In this document: positions 51,496 to 62,702 of the stretch, one piece after another
How the letters are laid out: each line of letters begins with the position of its first letter
Numbering within the stretch: the first letter of the stretch is position 1
Assembly (NCBI GenBank): GCA_038213805.1
Contig: JBBQSO010000020.1
Span: forward strand, 1-64,000
DNA from: Planctomycetota bacterium
Lineage (GTDB): Bacteria > Planctomycetota > UBA11346
Reading direction: 5' to 3'
Length of the DNA stretch: 64,000 nucleotides
Made by a program: the position numbers and the translations under genes
Notes under the pieces: model-generated
The model's database searches: none
The model's input: the letters and a program-made list of their open reading frames with translations, nothing else
Told to the model about the DNA's origin: nothing

Positions 51496-52516
51496 ATGCG
51501 ACTCGCGCTAGTCTGCGCCGGCATCCTCGCGGGAGGTGCGCGCCTGGGTGCGGCCACCGCGTCGTACCCGGTCGACGCCTTTTCCTGACGTCCTCGCAAA
51601 GCGCGCAGCTGCAGGCGGCTCTCGATCAGAACCAGGTGGCGGGCAATCCGACCATCTCCAGCCCCAGCAACCTCGCTCTGCTGAGCTGCGAGTTCCAGGC
51701 AGGTACGCGAGGCACCGCGATGCTCTTCGCGTCCGGCCAGACGCGCGTCGCGAGCTGCGCCTGCGTGCGCGCCGGCAACCCCAATGCGACCATCGTCGCC
51801 TGCACCGGCTTCGCGAGCGCGCAGAAGTTCTTCTCCAGCTGCACTTCCACCGACATGCCGATTGGCGGCATCAGCACGAACGGCCTGTCCCTGCAGAACC
51901 AGTGCGGGCGGATCCCTCCTCCAGCGGCCTCGGCGTTTCGCAGGTGGACGCCACGATCACGGGTTTCGCCTCCGCGGCGGACATTTCTGCGCCTGCGCCG
52001 CAGTTCCTGGTCGGCAGGGTCTTCGCGGCTCAACTGGTCGACGCCATCCCCGGTGTGTTGCCGCCAGGGATCACCCTGGGCGCGCCGGTGCTGGCCGCTG
52101 GTCGCAGCGCGGTGAAGAGCGGGGACAGCGCGACCATCGCCATCGCCATCACCTATGCCGGCGCGGCGACCGTGACTTTCGCGCGCACGGTCACCGGCTT
52201 CACCGTTGGCGACCTGGTGCTGGGCAGTGGCACGGTGGCCGGATTCAGTGGCAGCGGCGCGAGCTACGTGGTCGCGGTCACCTATGATGTGGTGGTCTCG
52301 GGGCTGGGTAGGACGGGCACCGTGATCGCGACGATCGCCGCAGACCAGGTGATGGTTGGCGATGCGCCAAACTCGGTCTCGACCAGCGCCGCCAACCAGG
52401 GGACGCTGACCGTGCCAGCTGCCAGCGCGGCGTCAGCGAAGACGTGCGGGAGGGGGCTCAGCCTTGCGATGCTGCCGCTGCTGCTGCTCGCCTGGTGCCG
52501 TCGGCGCGCGGCCTGA
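51496..52516 (+). pseudogene. Exported Cys-rich/Ig-like surface protein with two frameshifts and C-terminal sorting-like signal
   Basis: Signal peptide from ATG 51496; frames shift at T4 (51580-51583) and G3 (51906-51908); ends TCGRGLSLAMLPLLLLAWCRRRAA. Confidence 0.7.
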
Positions 52517-52520
52517 CCGG

Positions 52521-53408
52521 CTACTTGCCTTCGGGAGTTCCGGTGGCGGCCGGGGCCGGAGCGGCTGCAGGGGCCGCTGCGGGCGCAGCCGCGGTCGGCA
52601 CGGGGGCCGCGGCGGGCGCGGCTGCGGGCGCCGCGGACTCGGGCGTGGTCGCCGGGGCAGGCGCGGCAGTTACCGGCGCACCAGCGGCCGGCGCCGCCGA
52701 GGCCGCCACGGGCGCCGGGCCCGCCTGCTGACGCTTGAGGCGCCAGTATTCCTGGCGGGCCAGGTCGATCAGCTGCCGGGCGCCCACATCGGAACGGCTG
52801 ATGACAGTCTCGAGTTTGGCGATGGCGTCGTCGATCTTGTTCTGTTTCTCCTGGGCCTTGGCGGCGCCGAGGATGGCGGCGATCTGGCGGTCCTGGGCCT
52901 TGCTGCCGGCCTTGCGCTCGAGCTTGAGGTAGGCGCTCTCGGCGGCGGGGAAGTCGCCGGCATCGAGGGTGGTGGCGGCCTGGCTGAGGCCGGCGACCAG
53001 CTCGAGGTCCTGGTCATCGGCTTTCTGCGCCCAGTCCACTGCCTTGGCGGCGGCGGCCTTGGCGGCGGCGGCATCGGGCTTGGCGAGCGCTGCCTGGGTG
53101 AGTTCGATGTAGGCGCGGGCGCGGAAGAAGGGGGTGATCTGCTCGTCGGAGGCCAGACTGGTGTAGGCGGCTTCGCGCTTGGCGGTGTCGCGCTCCTCGC
53201 CGGCCTTCTGGAAGGCGTAGACGCTGGCGGCGGCGGGCGACTCCTGCATGCGCGAGTGCACGATCACCGCCACCACCACGATCACGATCAGGGCGGCGAT
53301 CAGGAAGCCGAGGCGCCGCACCACGCGCTGCGAGAGGGTCTCGAGCCGGTCGTAGATCGGGTCGGAATAGCTGGTGGTGGGGCCGGCGGATTCGGGGACG
53401 TTGGCCAT
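52521..53408 (-). CDS. YfgM-like TM-anchored TPR protein with Ala/Pro tail
   Basis: Single N-terminal TM, TPR-like helices. Confidence 0.75.
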   Translation of the reverse strand: MANVPESAGPTTSYSDPIYDRLETLSQRVVRRLGFLIAALIVIVVVAVIVHSRMQESPAAASVYAFQKAGEERDTAKREAAYTSLASDEQITPFFRARAYIELTQAALAKPDAAAAKAAAAKAVDWAQKADDQDLELVAGLSQAATTLDAGDFPAAESAYLKLERKAGSKAQDRQIAAILGAAKAQEKQNKIDDAIAKLETVISRSDVGARQLIDLARQEYWRLKRQQAGPAPVAASAAPAAGAPVTAAPAPATTPESAAPAAAPAAAPVPTAAAPAAAPAAAPAPAATGTPEGK

Positions 53409-53455
53409 TGGAAGGTCTCGGGTGGGCGCGCGGACCAGGCGGCGCGCCGGGGAAT

Positions 53456-53911
53456 TCAGGGGGTCGGCGCAGTCGCCGGCCGCAGGTGGTAGCGGATGGT
53501 AGTGCGCGAGTCCGCCCGTCCAGTCTCAATGAACAGGTCCTCGCCCCCCTTGTGCCAGCGCTGGTTGGCCGCGTCAGCCGACACCGCCTGCCAGCCGCTG
53601 GACGCGAGCTGGCGACGCACCTCGGCGAGCAGCTCGGCGGGCTTCTGCGGCGCAGCGTTCTCGCGCTGGATCATGCTGACCTCGAAGCGCCGCACGCTGC
53701 CGCCGGCGAGCGCGACCGCGAGCTGGTCGTCGTTCGGCTGCATCTGGTAGCCCGGACGCGGCAGGGGGATGTCGGGGAACTGCTCGGGGTAGAAGGCCGG
53801 CACACGCGGCGGACGAGGCGGCTTGCGCGCCGGCTCGTCACCGCAGCCGCAGATCAGCACGAGCAGGCCGGTCACGGCGCCGGCCGCGATGCTGCGCCGG
53901 ATCCCGCCCAT
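53456..53911 (-). CDS. Hypothetical lipoprotein
   Basis: GLLVLICGC lipobox-like; TGATG coupling with upstream gene. Confidence 0.65.
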   Translation of the reverse strand: MGGIRRSIAAGAVTGLLVLICGCGDEPARKPPRPPRVPAFYPEQFPDIPLPRPGYQMQPNDDQLAVALAGGSVRRFEVSMIQRENAAPQKPAELLAEVRRQLASSGWQAVSADAANQRWHKGGEDLFIETGRADSRTTIRYHLRPATAPTP

Positions 53912-54597
53912 CACGCCTGCTTGTAGGTGAAGACGTGGCCCGCGATGGTGATCACGTCGCCGGCCTTCAGCGCGCTGTCGCTGGTCTTCTGGCCATTGAC
54001 CCTGACCGCGCGCCAGCCGCCGGTGGCGATCAGATGGTGGCCGTTGCCGGCCTTGACGATCTTTGCCTGAATGGGGCGCACCAGGAAGCCCTTCGCGGGG
54101 ATGTCGGCCGCGGTCGCGGCGCCGACCGTGGTCTCGTCCTTGGCCAGCGGCACCAACACCTGGCGGCCACCCTGGTCGAGGCCGATCGCCATGCGCTTCT
54201 GGTTGGGATCGCCGGCCATGGCCTTGGCGAGCGCGGACTGGTCGACGAACATCGTCATCTCGCCGCCCATGCCCTGCGCGGTCTTCTTCTTGTCGCCGCC
54301 ATCGGCGTTGGCGTGCGCGTCGTAGATCAGGCTGTGCTTGCCCATCACCACGCGGTCGAGGTGCTTGAGTGGATGCTTGGTGATGCGCTGACCGGCGACG
54401 AAGGTCCCGTTGTTGGAACCCTTGTCGAGCACCGCCCAGCCTTCGCCATCGCGCACTACCGAACAGTGGTGGCGGGAGACGCCGAGGTTGTCGACCACGA
54501 TCTCGCAATCGGTGGCGCGCCCGACGCGCATCTCGTCCTTGTCGAGGGTGAACTCACCCTGGGGATCGGATCCGAACATCACCGTGATCTTGGCCAT
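53911..54597 (-). CDS. FHA domain protein (one canonical plus one degenerate FHA)
   Basis: VGR, VSRHH, DKGSNNGTFV; second VRVNG..LKAGDVITI. Confidence 0.9.
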   Translation of the reverse strand: MAKITVMFGSDPQGEFTLDKDEMRVGRATDCEIVVDNLGVSRHHCSVVRDGEGWAVLDKGSNNGTFVAGQRITKHPLKHLDRVVMGKHSLIYDAHANADGGDKKKTAQGMGGEMTMFVDQSALAKAMAGDPNQKRMAIGLDQGGRQVLVPLAKDETTVGAATAADIPAKGFLVRPIQAKIVKAGNGHHLIATGGWRAVRVNGQKTSDSALKAGDVITIAGHVFTYKQA

Positions 54598-54792
54598 CCC
54601 GCCACCTCCGAGCCGTGTACGATAGGTGAACAGCCCGAATGGTCAATCTCTCGGAGTGCCGCAAGCACCAGCCTGTACTGGGTTTTCGCTTCAGCGCAGG
54701 GGGTCTGGCGGCTGCCGGGGCGGGGGCCTGGGAGTGGCCGCGAAGCCTCTTGCGCCGCCTGGCAATGGCTGAACACTGCCCCGCCGTCACCC

Positions 54793-54868
54793 GCTCCCAT
54801 CGTCTAGAGGCCTAGGACACCGGCCTTTCATGCCGGCGACACGAGTTCGAATCTCGTTGGGAGTACCA
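54793..54868 (+). tRNA. tRNA-Glu (TTC)
   Basis: Acceptor GCTCCCA/TGGGAGT, anticodon arm CCGGC-CTTTCAT-GCCGG, T-arm ACGAG-TTCGAAT-CTCGT, encoded CCA. Confidence 0.96.
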
Positions 54869-55205
54869 TTCAGACCTGGTTTCTTGAGCTTTCCCGTGGG
54901 GGCGCCTGTGTTGCCCCCAGGGTGACGGCTCATGCCGGCCTGAAACTCTGGTCGCGTTACCCTTGCATCAATTCTGAAATCCACCGTCAGCGCCGACGTG
55001 CCGCCAGACGTGCCGCGGATGCGCTGGCCAGGGCATGCTGTTGGCTCGGCGGGAACTGGGTTTCAGCGCCTAGCGCGCGGGGGTCGGTCAAAGCTGCGTG
55101 CACGCAGTCGATCGCGCGTGCGTGCCGAACGCCAGGGTGGGCGGCGCTGGCGATCTCTATGATGGGTGCTCAGGTGACAGTCCACCAACCCGGCAAGGAC
55201 CAGCC

Positions 55206-55940
55206 ATGGCCACCGTCTCCCGCATCGCCCTGATCACCGGCGCCAACAAGGGTATTGGCTTGGAGACCGCGCGTCAGCTCGGCCGCCTGGGCATCACCGT
55301 ACTGCTCGGCAGCCGCGACGCGGCGCGCGGCGCCGCCGCGGTCGCCGACCTCGCCAAGGACGGCGTCACCGCCAGCGTGCTGCCCCTGGAAGTCATCGAC
55401 GAGCCGTCGATCGCTGCCGCTGCCGCGCGCGTCTCCAAGGAGCACGGCCGCCTTGATATTCTGATCAACAACGCCGGCATCCTCGACTACGCCGCGGAGA
55501 CTGGGCCGGAGACCACCACCCTGGCGACGTATCGCCGAGTCTTCGAGACCAACTTCTTCGGCCTGATCGCGGTCACCCAGGCCTTTCTTCCGCTGCTCAA
55601 GAAGTCGCCGGCCGGGCGCATCGTCAACCTGACCAGCATCCTCGGCTCGTGCGCCGAGCACTCCGACCGCAATTCGCCGATCTTTCAGGCACGTTACACC
55701 GCTTACGACACCTCGAAGGCGGCGGTCAATCTCTATACCGTCGAGCTCGCGCTGGCGCTGGCGGGCACGCCGATCAAGGTCAATGCCGCCCATCCCGGCT
55801 GGGTGAAGACCGACCTGGGCGGCGACCAGGCCCCGCTCGGCGTTGCCGAAGGTGCACGCACCACGGTCGCGCTCGCCACGCTCGGGGCCGAGGGACCGAG
55901 TGGCGGGTACTTCCACCAGGGCGTGCACATGCGGTGGTGA
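55206..55940 (+). CDS. SDR family oxidoreductase (carbonyl reductase-like)
   Basis: TGANKGIG, NNAG, YDTSK, HPGWVKTD. Confidence 0.93.
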   Translation: MATVSRIALITGANKGIGLETARQLGRLGITVLLGSRDAARGAAAVADLAKDGVTASVLPLEVIDEPSIAAAAARVSKEHGRLDILINNAGILDYAAETGPETTTLATYRRVFETNFFGLIAVTQAFLPLLKKSPAGRIVNLTSILGSCAEHSDRNSPIFQARYTAYDTSKAAVNLYTVELALALAGTPIKVNAAHPGWVKTDLGGDQAPLGVAEGARTTVALATLGAEGPSGGYFHQGVHMRW

Positions 55941-55947
55941 GGCACCC

Positions 55948-56613
55948 ATGCCCATCACCATCGATATCCACTCCGATGTCATCTGCCCGTGGTGCTGGGT
56001 CGGCAAGCGCCGGCTTGAGGAGGCGCTTGCGGGACTGGCGCCGGATACGGCGGTGGTGCGTTGGCATGCCTATCAGCTCAATCCCGGCATGCCGCCGGGT
56101 GGTATGCCGCGCGCCGAGTATCGGCGGCGCAAGTTCGGCAGCGCCGAGCACGCGGCGCCGCGCGATGCACAGGTGACCACGGTGGCGGCGCGCGCAGGGC
56201 TGGTCTTCGATCTGGCCGGCCAGCGGCGCACGCCCAACACGGTCCTTGCGCATCGGCTGATCTGGCTGGCCGGCAGGCGCGGCGTGCAGGACGCGGTGGT
56301 CGAGGAACTCTTCAGCGCCTATTTTAGTGCGGGACGAGATGTGGGCGATGCGGCGGTGCTGGCGGATGTCGGCGCGGCGCATGGCCTGGACGCGGTGGCG
56401 GCTTTCCTTGCCGGCAGCGAGGGGGCGGCGGAGGTGCAGGCGGAGGAGGACGCCATCCGCGCGCGCGGCATCGACGGCGTGCCGCTGTTCGTCATCAATG
56501 GCGAGGAGCGCATTGCCGGGGCGCAGCCGACGGCGGAATTCAGCGCGCTGCTTGAGCGGCTCGCGTCCGCCGACTCCGCCGGCATTTGCGATGATGGATC
56601 GTGCAATTCCTGA
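55948..56613 (+). CDS. DsbA family FrnE-like oxidoreductase
   Basis: SDVICPWCWVG, GIDGVP, GAQP, C-terminal CDDGSC. Confidence 0.9.
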   Translation: MPITIDIHSDVICPWCWVGKRRLEEALAGLAPDTAVVRWHAYQLNPGMPPGGMPRAEYRRRKFGSAEHAAPRDAQVTTVAARAGLVFDLAGQRRTPNTVLAHRLIWLAGRRGVQDAVVEELFSAYFSAGRDVGDAAVLADVGAAHGLDAVAAFLAGSEGAAEVQAEEDAIRARGIDGVPLFVINGEERIAGAQPTAEFSALLERLASADSAGICDDGSCNS

Positions 56614-56632
56614 ACGGGCGAGCTACCGCCGC

Positions 56633-57310
56633 TCATTCCCATTTCAATTCGCGCACCCCATCGAGTCCGCGCAGGTCGTCGAGCACCTGCCGCGAGAGCG
56701 CGTAGAGCGGGGCGCGCTTGAACTTCAGTTCCAGGCGCATCAGCCGCTCGTTGGCGACCAGGTCGTAAGTCAGGCCGACGCGCTTGATGTGCAGGCCATG
56801 GCGTTCGAGGCGGGTGCGGATCTCCGCCTCGTCGACGCCATCCAGGCTGCAGCGCAGGTCTATCCAGGCGTACCAGTCGTTCTTCACCAGGTGTTCGAGG
56901 CGCGGCAGCACGACCAGGGTGATCATCAGCAGCGTCCACAGCAGCCCGCCGAGCATGAACTCGCCGGCGCCGAAGGTCAGGCCGAGGACGGTGACCGCCC
57001 ACAATGTCGCGGCGGTGGTGACGCCGCGCACGCTGACGCCCTCGCGGATGATCGTCCCCGCGCCCAGGAAGCCGATGCCGGTGAGCACGCCGGATGCGAG
57101 CCTGGCGGGGTCCGGGTGCCAGCCGGCGGTGGTGGCCAGCGGCGCGTAAAACTGTTCCGACAGGATCATCGCGGCCGCCGCAGCGAGGCCGGCGAGCATG
57201 GTGGTGCGCAGACCGGCGGCGCGCCCGTGGCTCTCGCGCTCGATGCCGATGACCAGGGCGGCGGCGAAGGTCAGCCCGAGGCGCAGGGCGAAGTCGCCGG
57301 TGGTCAGCAT
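56633..57310 (-). CDS. MgtC/SapB family protein
   Basis: IGIERE..AGLRT, DPARLA, GIGFLGAG, GVTTAATLW. Confidence 0.92.
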   Translation of the reverse strand: MLTTGDFALRLGLTFAAALVIGIERESHGRAAGLRTTMLAGLAAAAAMILSEQFYAPLATTAGWHPDPARLASGVLTGIGFLGAGTIIREGVSVRGVTTAATLWAVTVLGLTFGAGEFMLGGLLWTLLMITLVVLPRLEHLVKNDWYAWIDLRCSLDGVDEAEIRTRLERHGLHIKRVGLTYDLVANERLMRLELKFKRAPLYALSRQVLDDLRGLDGVRELKWE

Positions 57311-57448
57311 GGCATCCCTGGTCGGTGCGGCGGTGGCCTTGGGATCCTCGCCACGGGCCGGGGATTTACAACGCGGCCGCCGCGCGCCGCGCGCCCACCG
57401 GGGGAGGCGGGCTGGCATGACATGCGGAGCCAGGTGCCCGGCAACGGC

Positions 57449-57477
57449 AAAACCCCCGGCGCGGGTGCGCCGGGGGT
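57449..57477 (-). terminator. Intrinsic terminator downstream of the DegP-like gene
   Basis: ACCCCCGGCGC-gggt-GCGCCGGGGGT with T-run on the minus strand. Confidence 0.8.
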
Positions 57478-57506
57478 CTGAGGGAGTTCAGCCCAGGGCC
57501 CGATCG

Positions 57507-59030
<1,524 letters not shown>

Positions 59031-59269
59031 GGAGCACCTATTGGAATGGGGCGGTTGTCCATGTCGTCAGACGCAGGGCGTCCGGCGGGCTTTCAGCCCA
59101 GGGATGACAGCCTTGGGCGCTGGGGATCCCGCGTGCGTGCGGCGCGTCGATGGGCCGCCGGCCTGGTGATCCTGTTCCTGCTCGGACTCGCGGTCCATCC
59201 GGCCTTCAGGAACATTGAACGGCAGCGGATCATGTTGCGCAGGTGTCCAAGCCGTCGTCCAAGCGCATG

Positions 59270-62200
59270 TCACCCCATCAGGCCGACGCCGTCCTCGCCG
59301 AGGGGGGCGAGCAGGGCCTCGATGTCCGCCAGTTCGAGGCGGCCGAGGGCTTGGCCGTCCTCGTCGACCAGGGCGTCGGCGAGGGCGGCCTTGCGCGCCT
59401 GGAGCTTGCGGATGCGCTCTTCCACGGTGCCGGCGACGATCAGGCGGTAGATGGTCACCGGGCGGGTCTGGCCGATGCGGTGGACGCGGTCGGCCGCCTG
59501 GCGCTCAACCGCCGGATTCCACCACGGATCGAGCAGAATCACCGAGTCGGCCGCGGTCAGGGTCAGACCGGTGCCGCCGGCCTTCAGGCTGAGCAGGAAG
59601 ACCGCGCATTCGCCGCCCTGGAAGCGCTCGACCAGGCGCTCGCGCCCGCGCGATTGGCCATCCAGGCGCAGGCAGGCGACCTTGCGCGGCGCCAGCACGT
59701 CGCTCTCGACCAGGTCGAGCAGCGCGGTGAACTGCGAGAACACCAGCACGCGGCGGCCTTCGTCGAGGAGCGTGCCAAGCAGTTCGCCGAGCGCGTCCAG
59801 CTTCGCCGAATCCGTGCAGCGTGCCGCAAGCTTGCCCGGCAGCAGCCGCGGGTCGCAGCACGCCTGGCGCAGGCGCAACAGCGCTTCGAGGATCTGCAGG
59901 CCGCTGCGCTTGAGGCCGCGTTCCGCGATCACTGCGCGCACGCGCTCGTCCATCGCCAAGCGTAGTGCATCGTAGAGCGCGCGCTGCGCTGGTGCCAGCT
60001 CGACGGTCACATCGATCTCGGTGCGCGCGGGCAGTTCGCTGGCGACCGCCTCCTTGGTGCGGCGCAGCAGGAAGGGCGCGATGCGGCGTCGCAGCAGGGC
60101 GCGGCGCGCCGGATCGTCCTGGGTTTCGATGGGCGCGCGGAAGGTGCGCGCGAAGCCACGTGCGCTGCCGAGCGCGCCCGGCGCGACCCAGGACAGCAGC
60201 GTGTGCAGCTCGCCCAGGTGGTTCTCGACCGGCGTGCCGGTCAGGCACACGCGCTGGCGCGTGTCAAGGCGCCGCACCGTCGCGGCAAGGCGCGACGTCG
60301 GGTTCTTCATCGCTTGTGCTTCGTCGCAGACCGCCACATGCCAGGGGCGCGCGGCGAAGGCTTCCTCATCGCGCGCCAGGGTGGCGTGGGTGGTGACGAT
60401 CACGTCCGCCTCGACCTCGCCGACCGTTGCGCGTCCGGCACCGTGCAGCACAGCGACGCGCAGGCCGGGGGCGGCGCGCGCGAGTTCCTTGCGCCACGGG
60501 CCGACCATGCTCGCCGGGCAGATCACCAGGCTGGCGCGATCGTCGCGGCCGGCGAGGTGCTCGGTGAGCAGGTGAGCGATCGCCTGCGCGGTCTTTCCCA
60601 GGCCCATGTCGTCGGCGAGAATGCCACCCAGACCCAGGCCGCGCAGGTGCTGCAGCCACGACAGCCCCTCGACCTGGTAGGAACGCAAGGTCAGGCCGAG
60701 CCCCGCCGGGGGAGCGACCGCGGGCGGCGTCAGGCATGAGCGCATGCGCTCGGCGACCGCGCGCAGCCGCCGCTCGCCGAGCCAGCGCGGCGAGAGCCGG
60801 TCGAGCGCCTCGATGATGTCCGCGCGTGCCGCATCGATGCGCCAGCCGCCGCCCGGACCCGCCGGCTGGTCATAGAGCTCCATCAGGTGCCCGTGCAGAT
60901 CCTGCAACAACGACAGCGGCACGCGCAGCACCGTCAGCGCGCCCGCCGCGACCAGGATCACCGGCTGGTCGCCGCTGCTGCGCGGCAGGCGTTCCCACGC
61001 CGCCGGTCCGCCCGCCAGCAGCGGGGCGAGCAGCGGGACCAGATCGATCCGCTGGCCGCCCACCTCCATGCCCAGATGGAGTTCGAACCAGTCGCCGGCG
61101 TCATGCTCCTCGACCTGCGCGGTGATGCCGCTGAGGTCGACCTCGGTGATCGTGCCGACGTCGACGCCGCTGATCTTCCAGCCGCTGCCCTGCAGGGCGG
61201 CGAGCGCCGCGACCGGCATGGGCACCGCATCCTCGCCCGGCGCGAGCAGGTCAGCGCAGCGCGCCCATAGCAGCGCGGACCCGACCCCCTTGAGCGGCAC
61301 GGCCTGCGTCCCCGCTGGCGGCCACGCGGCGAGACCGAAACGCGCGAGCTCTGCGCAGCGCGCCTGTTCGTCTGCGAGATGGCGCAGGATCGGCGTGCCG
61401 TCGGCGCCCTCGACGACCGGCGCGCCGCCGCAACCGACCTCGCCGCCCGGGTAGCGGAAGCTTGCCACCGCGAGATCGGCGTCGCGTTCGCGCCGTTGGC
61501 CGCGCACGTACCAGCCCAGACGCGTGCGCGCGATGCGCAGGCATGGCGTCGCGACCTGTGGGGGCTGCACATCGGGCAGCGCCAATGCGGGCAGGCTTGT
61601 CGCCAGCATGCCGGAGGCCACCTGCGCCTCGATGGCATCCATCCAGGGCATCGCGACGACCTTGCGCAGCAGCGCGGGATCCAGCGTGGACGCCAGCGGT
61701 GCGACGCCAGCCGCGGTGCGGACCCATGGTGGTTCAACCGCCAGGACTTCGAGTGCGCCGTCGGCGGCGTCGACGAGTTCGATGCGACGCGACGTGCCGT
61801 TGTGGCGCCAGGTTGCCGTGGCGGTGATCGGCGGCAGGCGCACGAGCGCGGGACCTTGATACGATCCCCAATGCGCCCTGCCGGTGTCCAGGGCCATCTC
61901 GAGCAGCGCCGCCGGCATGGGCTCGCGATCCCGGCCGAAGGTGCTGAATTGCCATCCCCGTCCCAGGGACAGGCCGCGCAGCATCGCCACCAGCCGTTCA
62001 TCGTTGCGGCCGGCGCAGCGCGGCGGGTTGCTGAGGAAGGCGTCGTAGCTGCTGAAACGCTTCGCCAAGCCGCGGGCGCCCGATTTCAGCCGCCGGCAGA
62101 CCACCGGGACGATGCTGAGGCCCGACTCGTCCGAGCCGTCCACGACGTGGACGAGGTGCTGGGTGCCATCGTCTGCGGACGTCATCCGCCCGGCGTCATG

Positions 62201-62638
62201 CCAGTCGGCGAGCCACGCCCGCACGTCGGGATCGCTGTGGCGCCAGGCGCGGTCGCGCAGGGTGGCGACCCCCGGAAACAGCTCGGGGATCTGCGCGGGC
62301 GGCTTGGGCGGCGGTGCGGTGCGCCCCGGTCCCGGCACCAGGGAATGCCCCTGCGTCGACGCCCACACCAGCAGCGCCGCGACCGCGTGCTTGCAGTTGA
62401 ATCCGACCGGGCACGAGCAGTGCGCGACGATCGCGTCGACCTCGAAGCCCCGCGCATCGTCGTTGCCCACGATGCTGACCTCCACCTCGTAGGCGGCGCC
62501 GCCTGCGACGGTGGCGCAGAACTCGCGCGGCGTGGACGGCACCAGGGCGGTGACGTAGCCGCAACGCGCATAGCGTTCACCGCGCGTCCGGGTCGGCGCG
62601 TCGAAGTCGGAGCGGAAGGCGTGCGCAAGGCTGGCCAT
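59270..62638 (-). CDS. SWIM zinc finger + SNF2 family helicase
   Basis: CSCPVGFNCKH; LADDMGLGKT, DEAQ, TGTPVEN, QAADRVHRIGQ. Confidence 0.93.
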   Translation of the reverse strand: MASLAHAFRSDFDAPTRTRGERYARCGYVTALVPSTPREFCATVAGGAAYEVEVSIVGNDDARGFEVDAIVAHCSCPVGFNCKHAVAALLVWASTQGHSLVPGPGRTAPPPKPPAQIPELFPGVATLRDRAWRHSDPDVRAWLADWHDAGRMTSADDGTQHLVHVVDGSDESGLSIVPVVCRRLKSGARGLAKRFSSYDAFLSNPPRCAGRNDERLVAMLRGLSLGRGWQFSTFGRDREPMPAALLEMALDTGRAHWGSYQGPALVRLPPITATATWRHNGTSRRIELVDAADGALEVLAVEPPWVRTAAGVAPLASTLDPALLRKVVAMPWMDAIEAQVASGMLATSLPALALPDVQPPQVATPCLRIARTRLGWYVRGQRRERDADLAVASFRYPGGEVGCGGAPVVEGADGTPILRHLADEQARCAELARFGLAAWPPAGTQAVPLKGVGSALLWARCADLLAPGEDAVPMPVAALAALQGSGWKISGVDVGTITEVDLSGITAQVEEHDAGDWFELHLGMEVGGQRIDLVPLLAPLLAGGPAAWERLPRSSGDQPVILVAAGALTVLRVPLSLLQDLHGHLMELYDQPAGPGGGWRIDAARADIIEALDRLSPRWLGERRLRAVAERMRSCLTPPAVAPPAGLGLTLRSYQVEGLSWLQHLRGLGLGGILADDMGLGKTAQAIAHLLTEHLAGRDDRASLVICPASMVGPWRKELARAAPGLRVAVLHGAGRATVGEVEADVIVTTHATLARDEEAFAARPWHVAVCDEAQAMKNPTSRLAATVRRLDTRQRVCLTGTPVENHLGELHTLLSWVAPGALGSARGFARTFRAPIETQDDPARRALLRRRIAPFLLRRTKEAVASELPARTEIDVTVELAPAQRALYDALRLAMDERVRAVIAERGLKRSGLQILEALLRLRQACCDPRLLPGKLAARCTDSAKLDALGELLGTLLDEGRRVLVFSQFTALLDLVESDVLAPRKVACLRLDGQSRGRERLVERFQGGECAVFLLSLKAGGTGLTLTAADSVILLDPWWNPAVERQAADRVHRIGQTRPVTIYRLIVAGTVEERIRKLQARKAALADALVDEDGQALGRLELADIEALLAPLGEDGVGLMG

Positions 62639-62702
62639 GGGAGCGGGGGATCCTGCGATTCGTCCGGCCCAGGGAAGGAGCGAGGTGCGCAGGGTCAGCG
62701 GG

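Noticed and set aside
51586..51588. TGA read-through or selenocysteine in the surface protein
   Set aside because: The coding-like sequence continues in a different frame, so an indel explains it; TGA acts as a normal stop throughout the window
54793..56613. tRNA-Glu as an island integration site
   Set aside because: No integrase, no duplicated tRNA 3' end seen in the window, and downstream genes look ordinary
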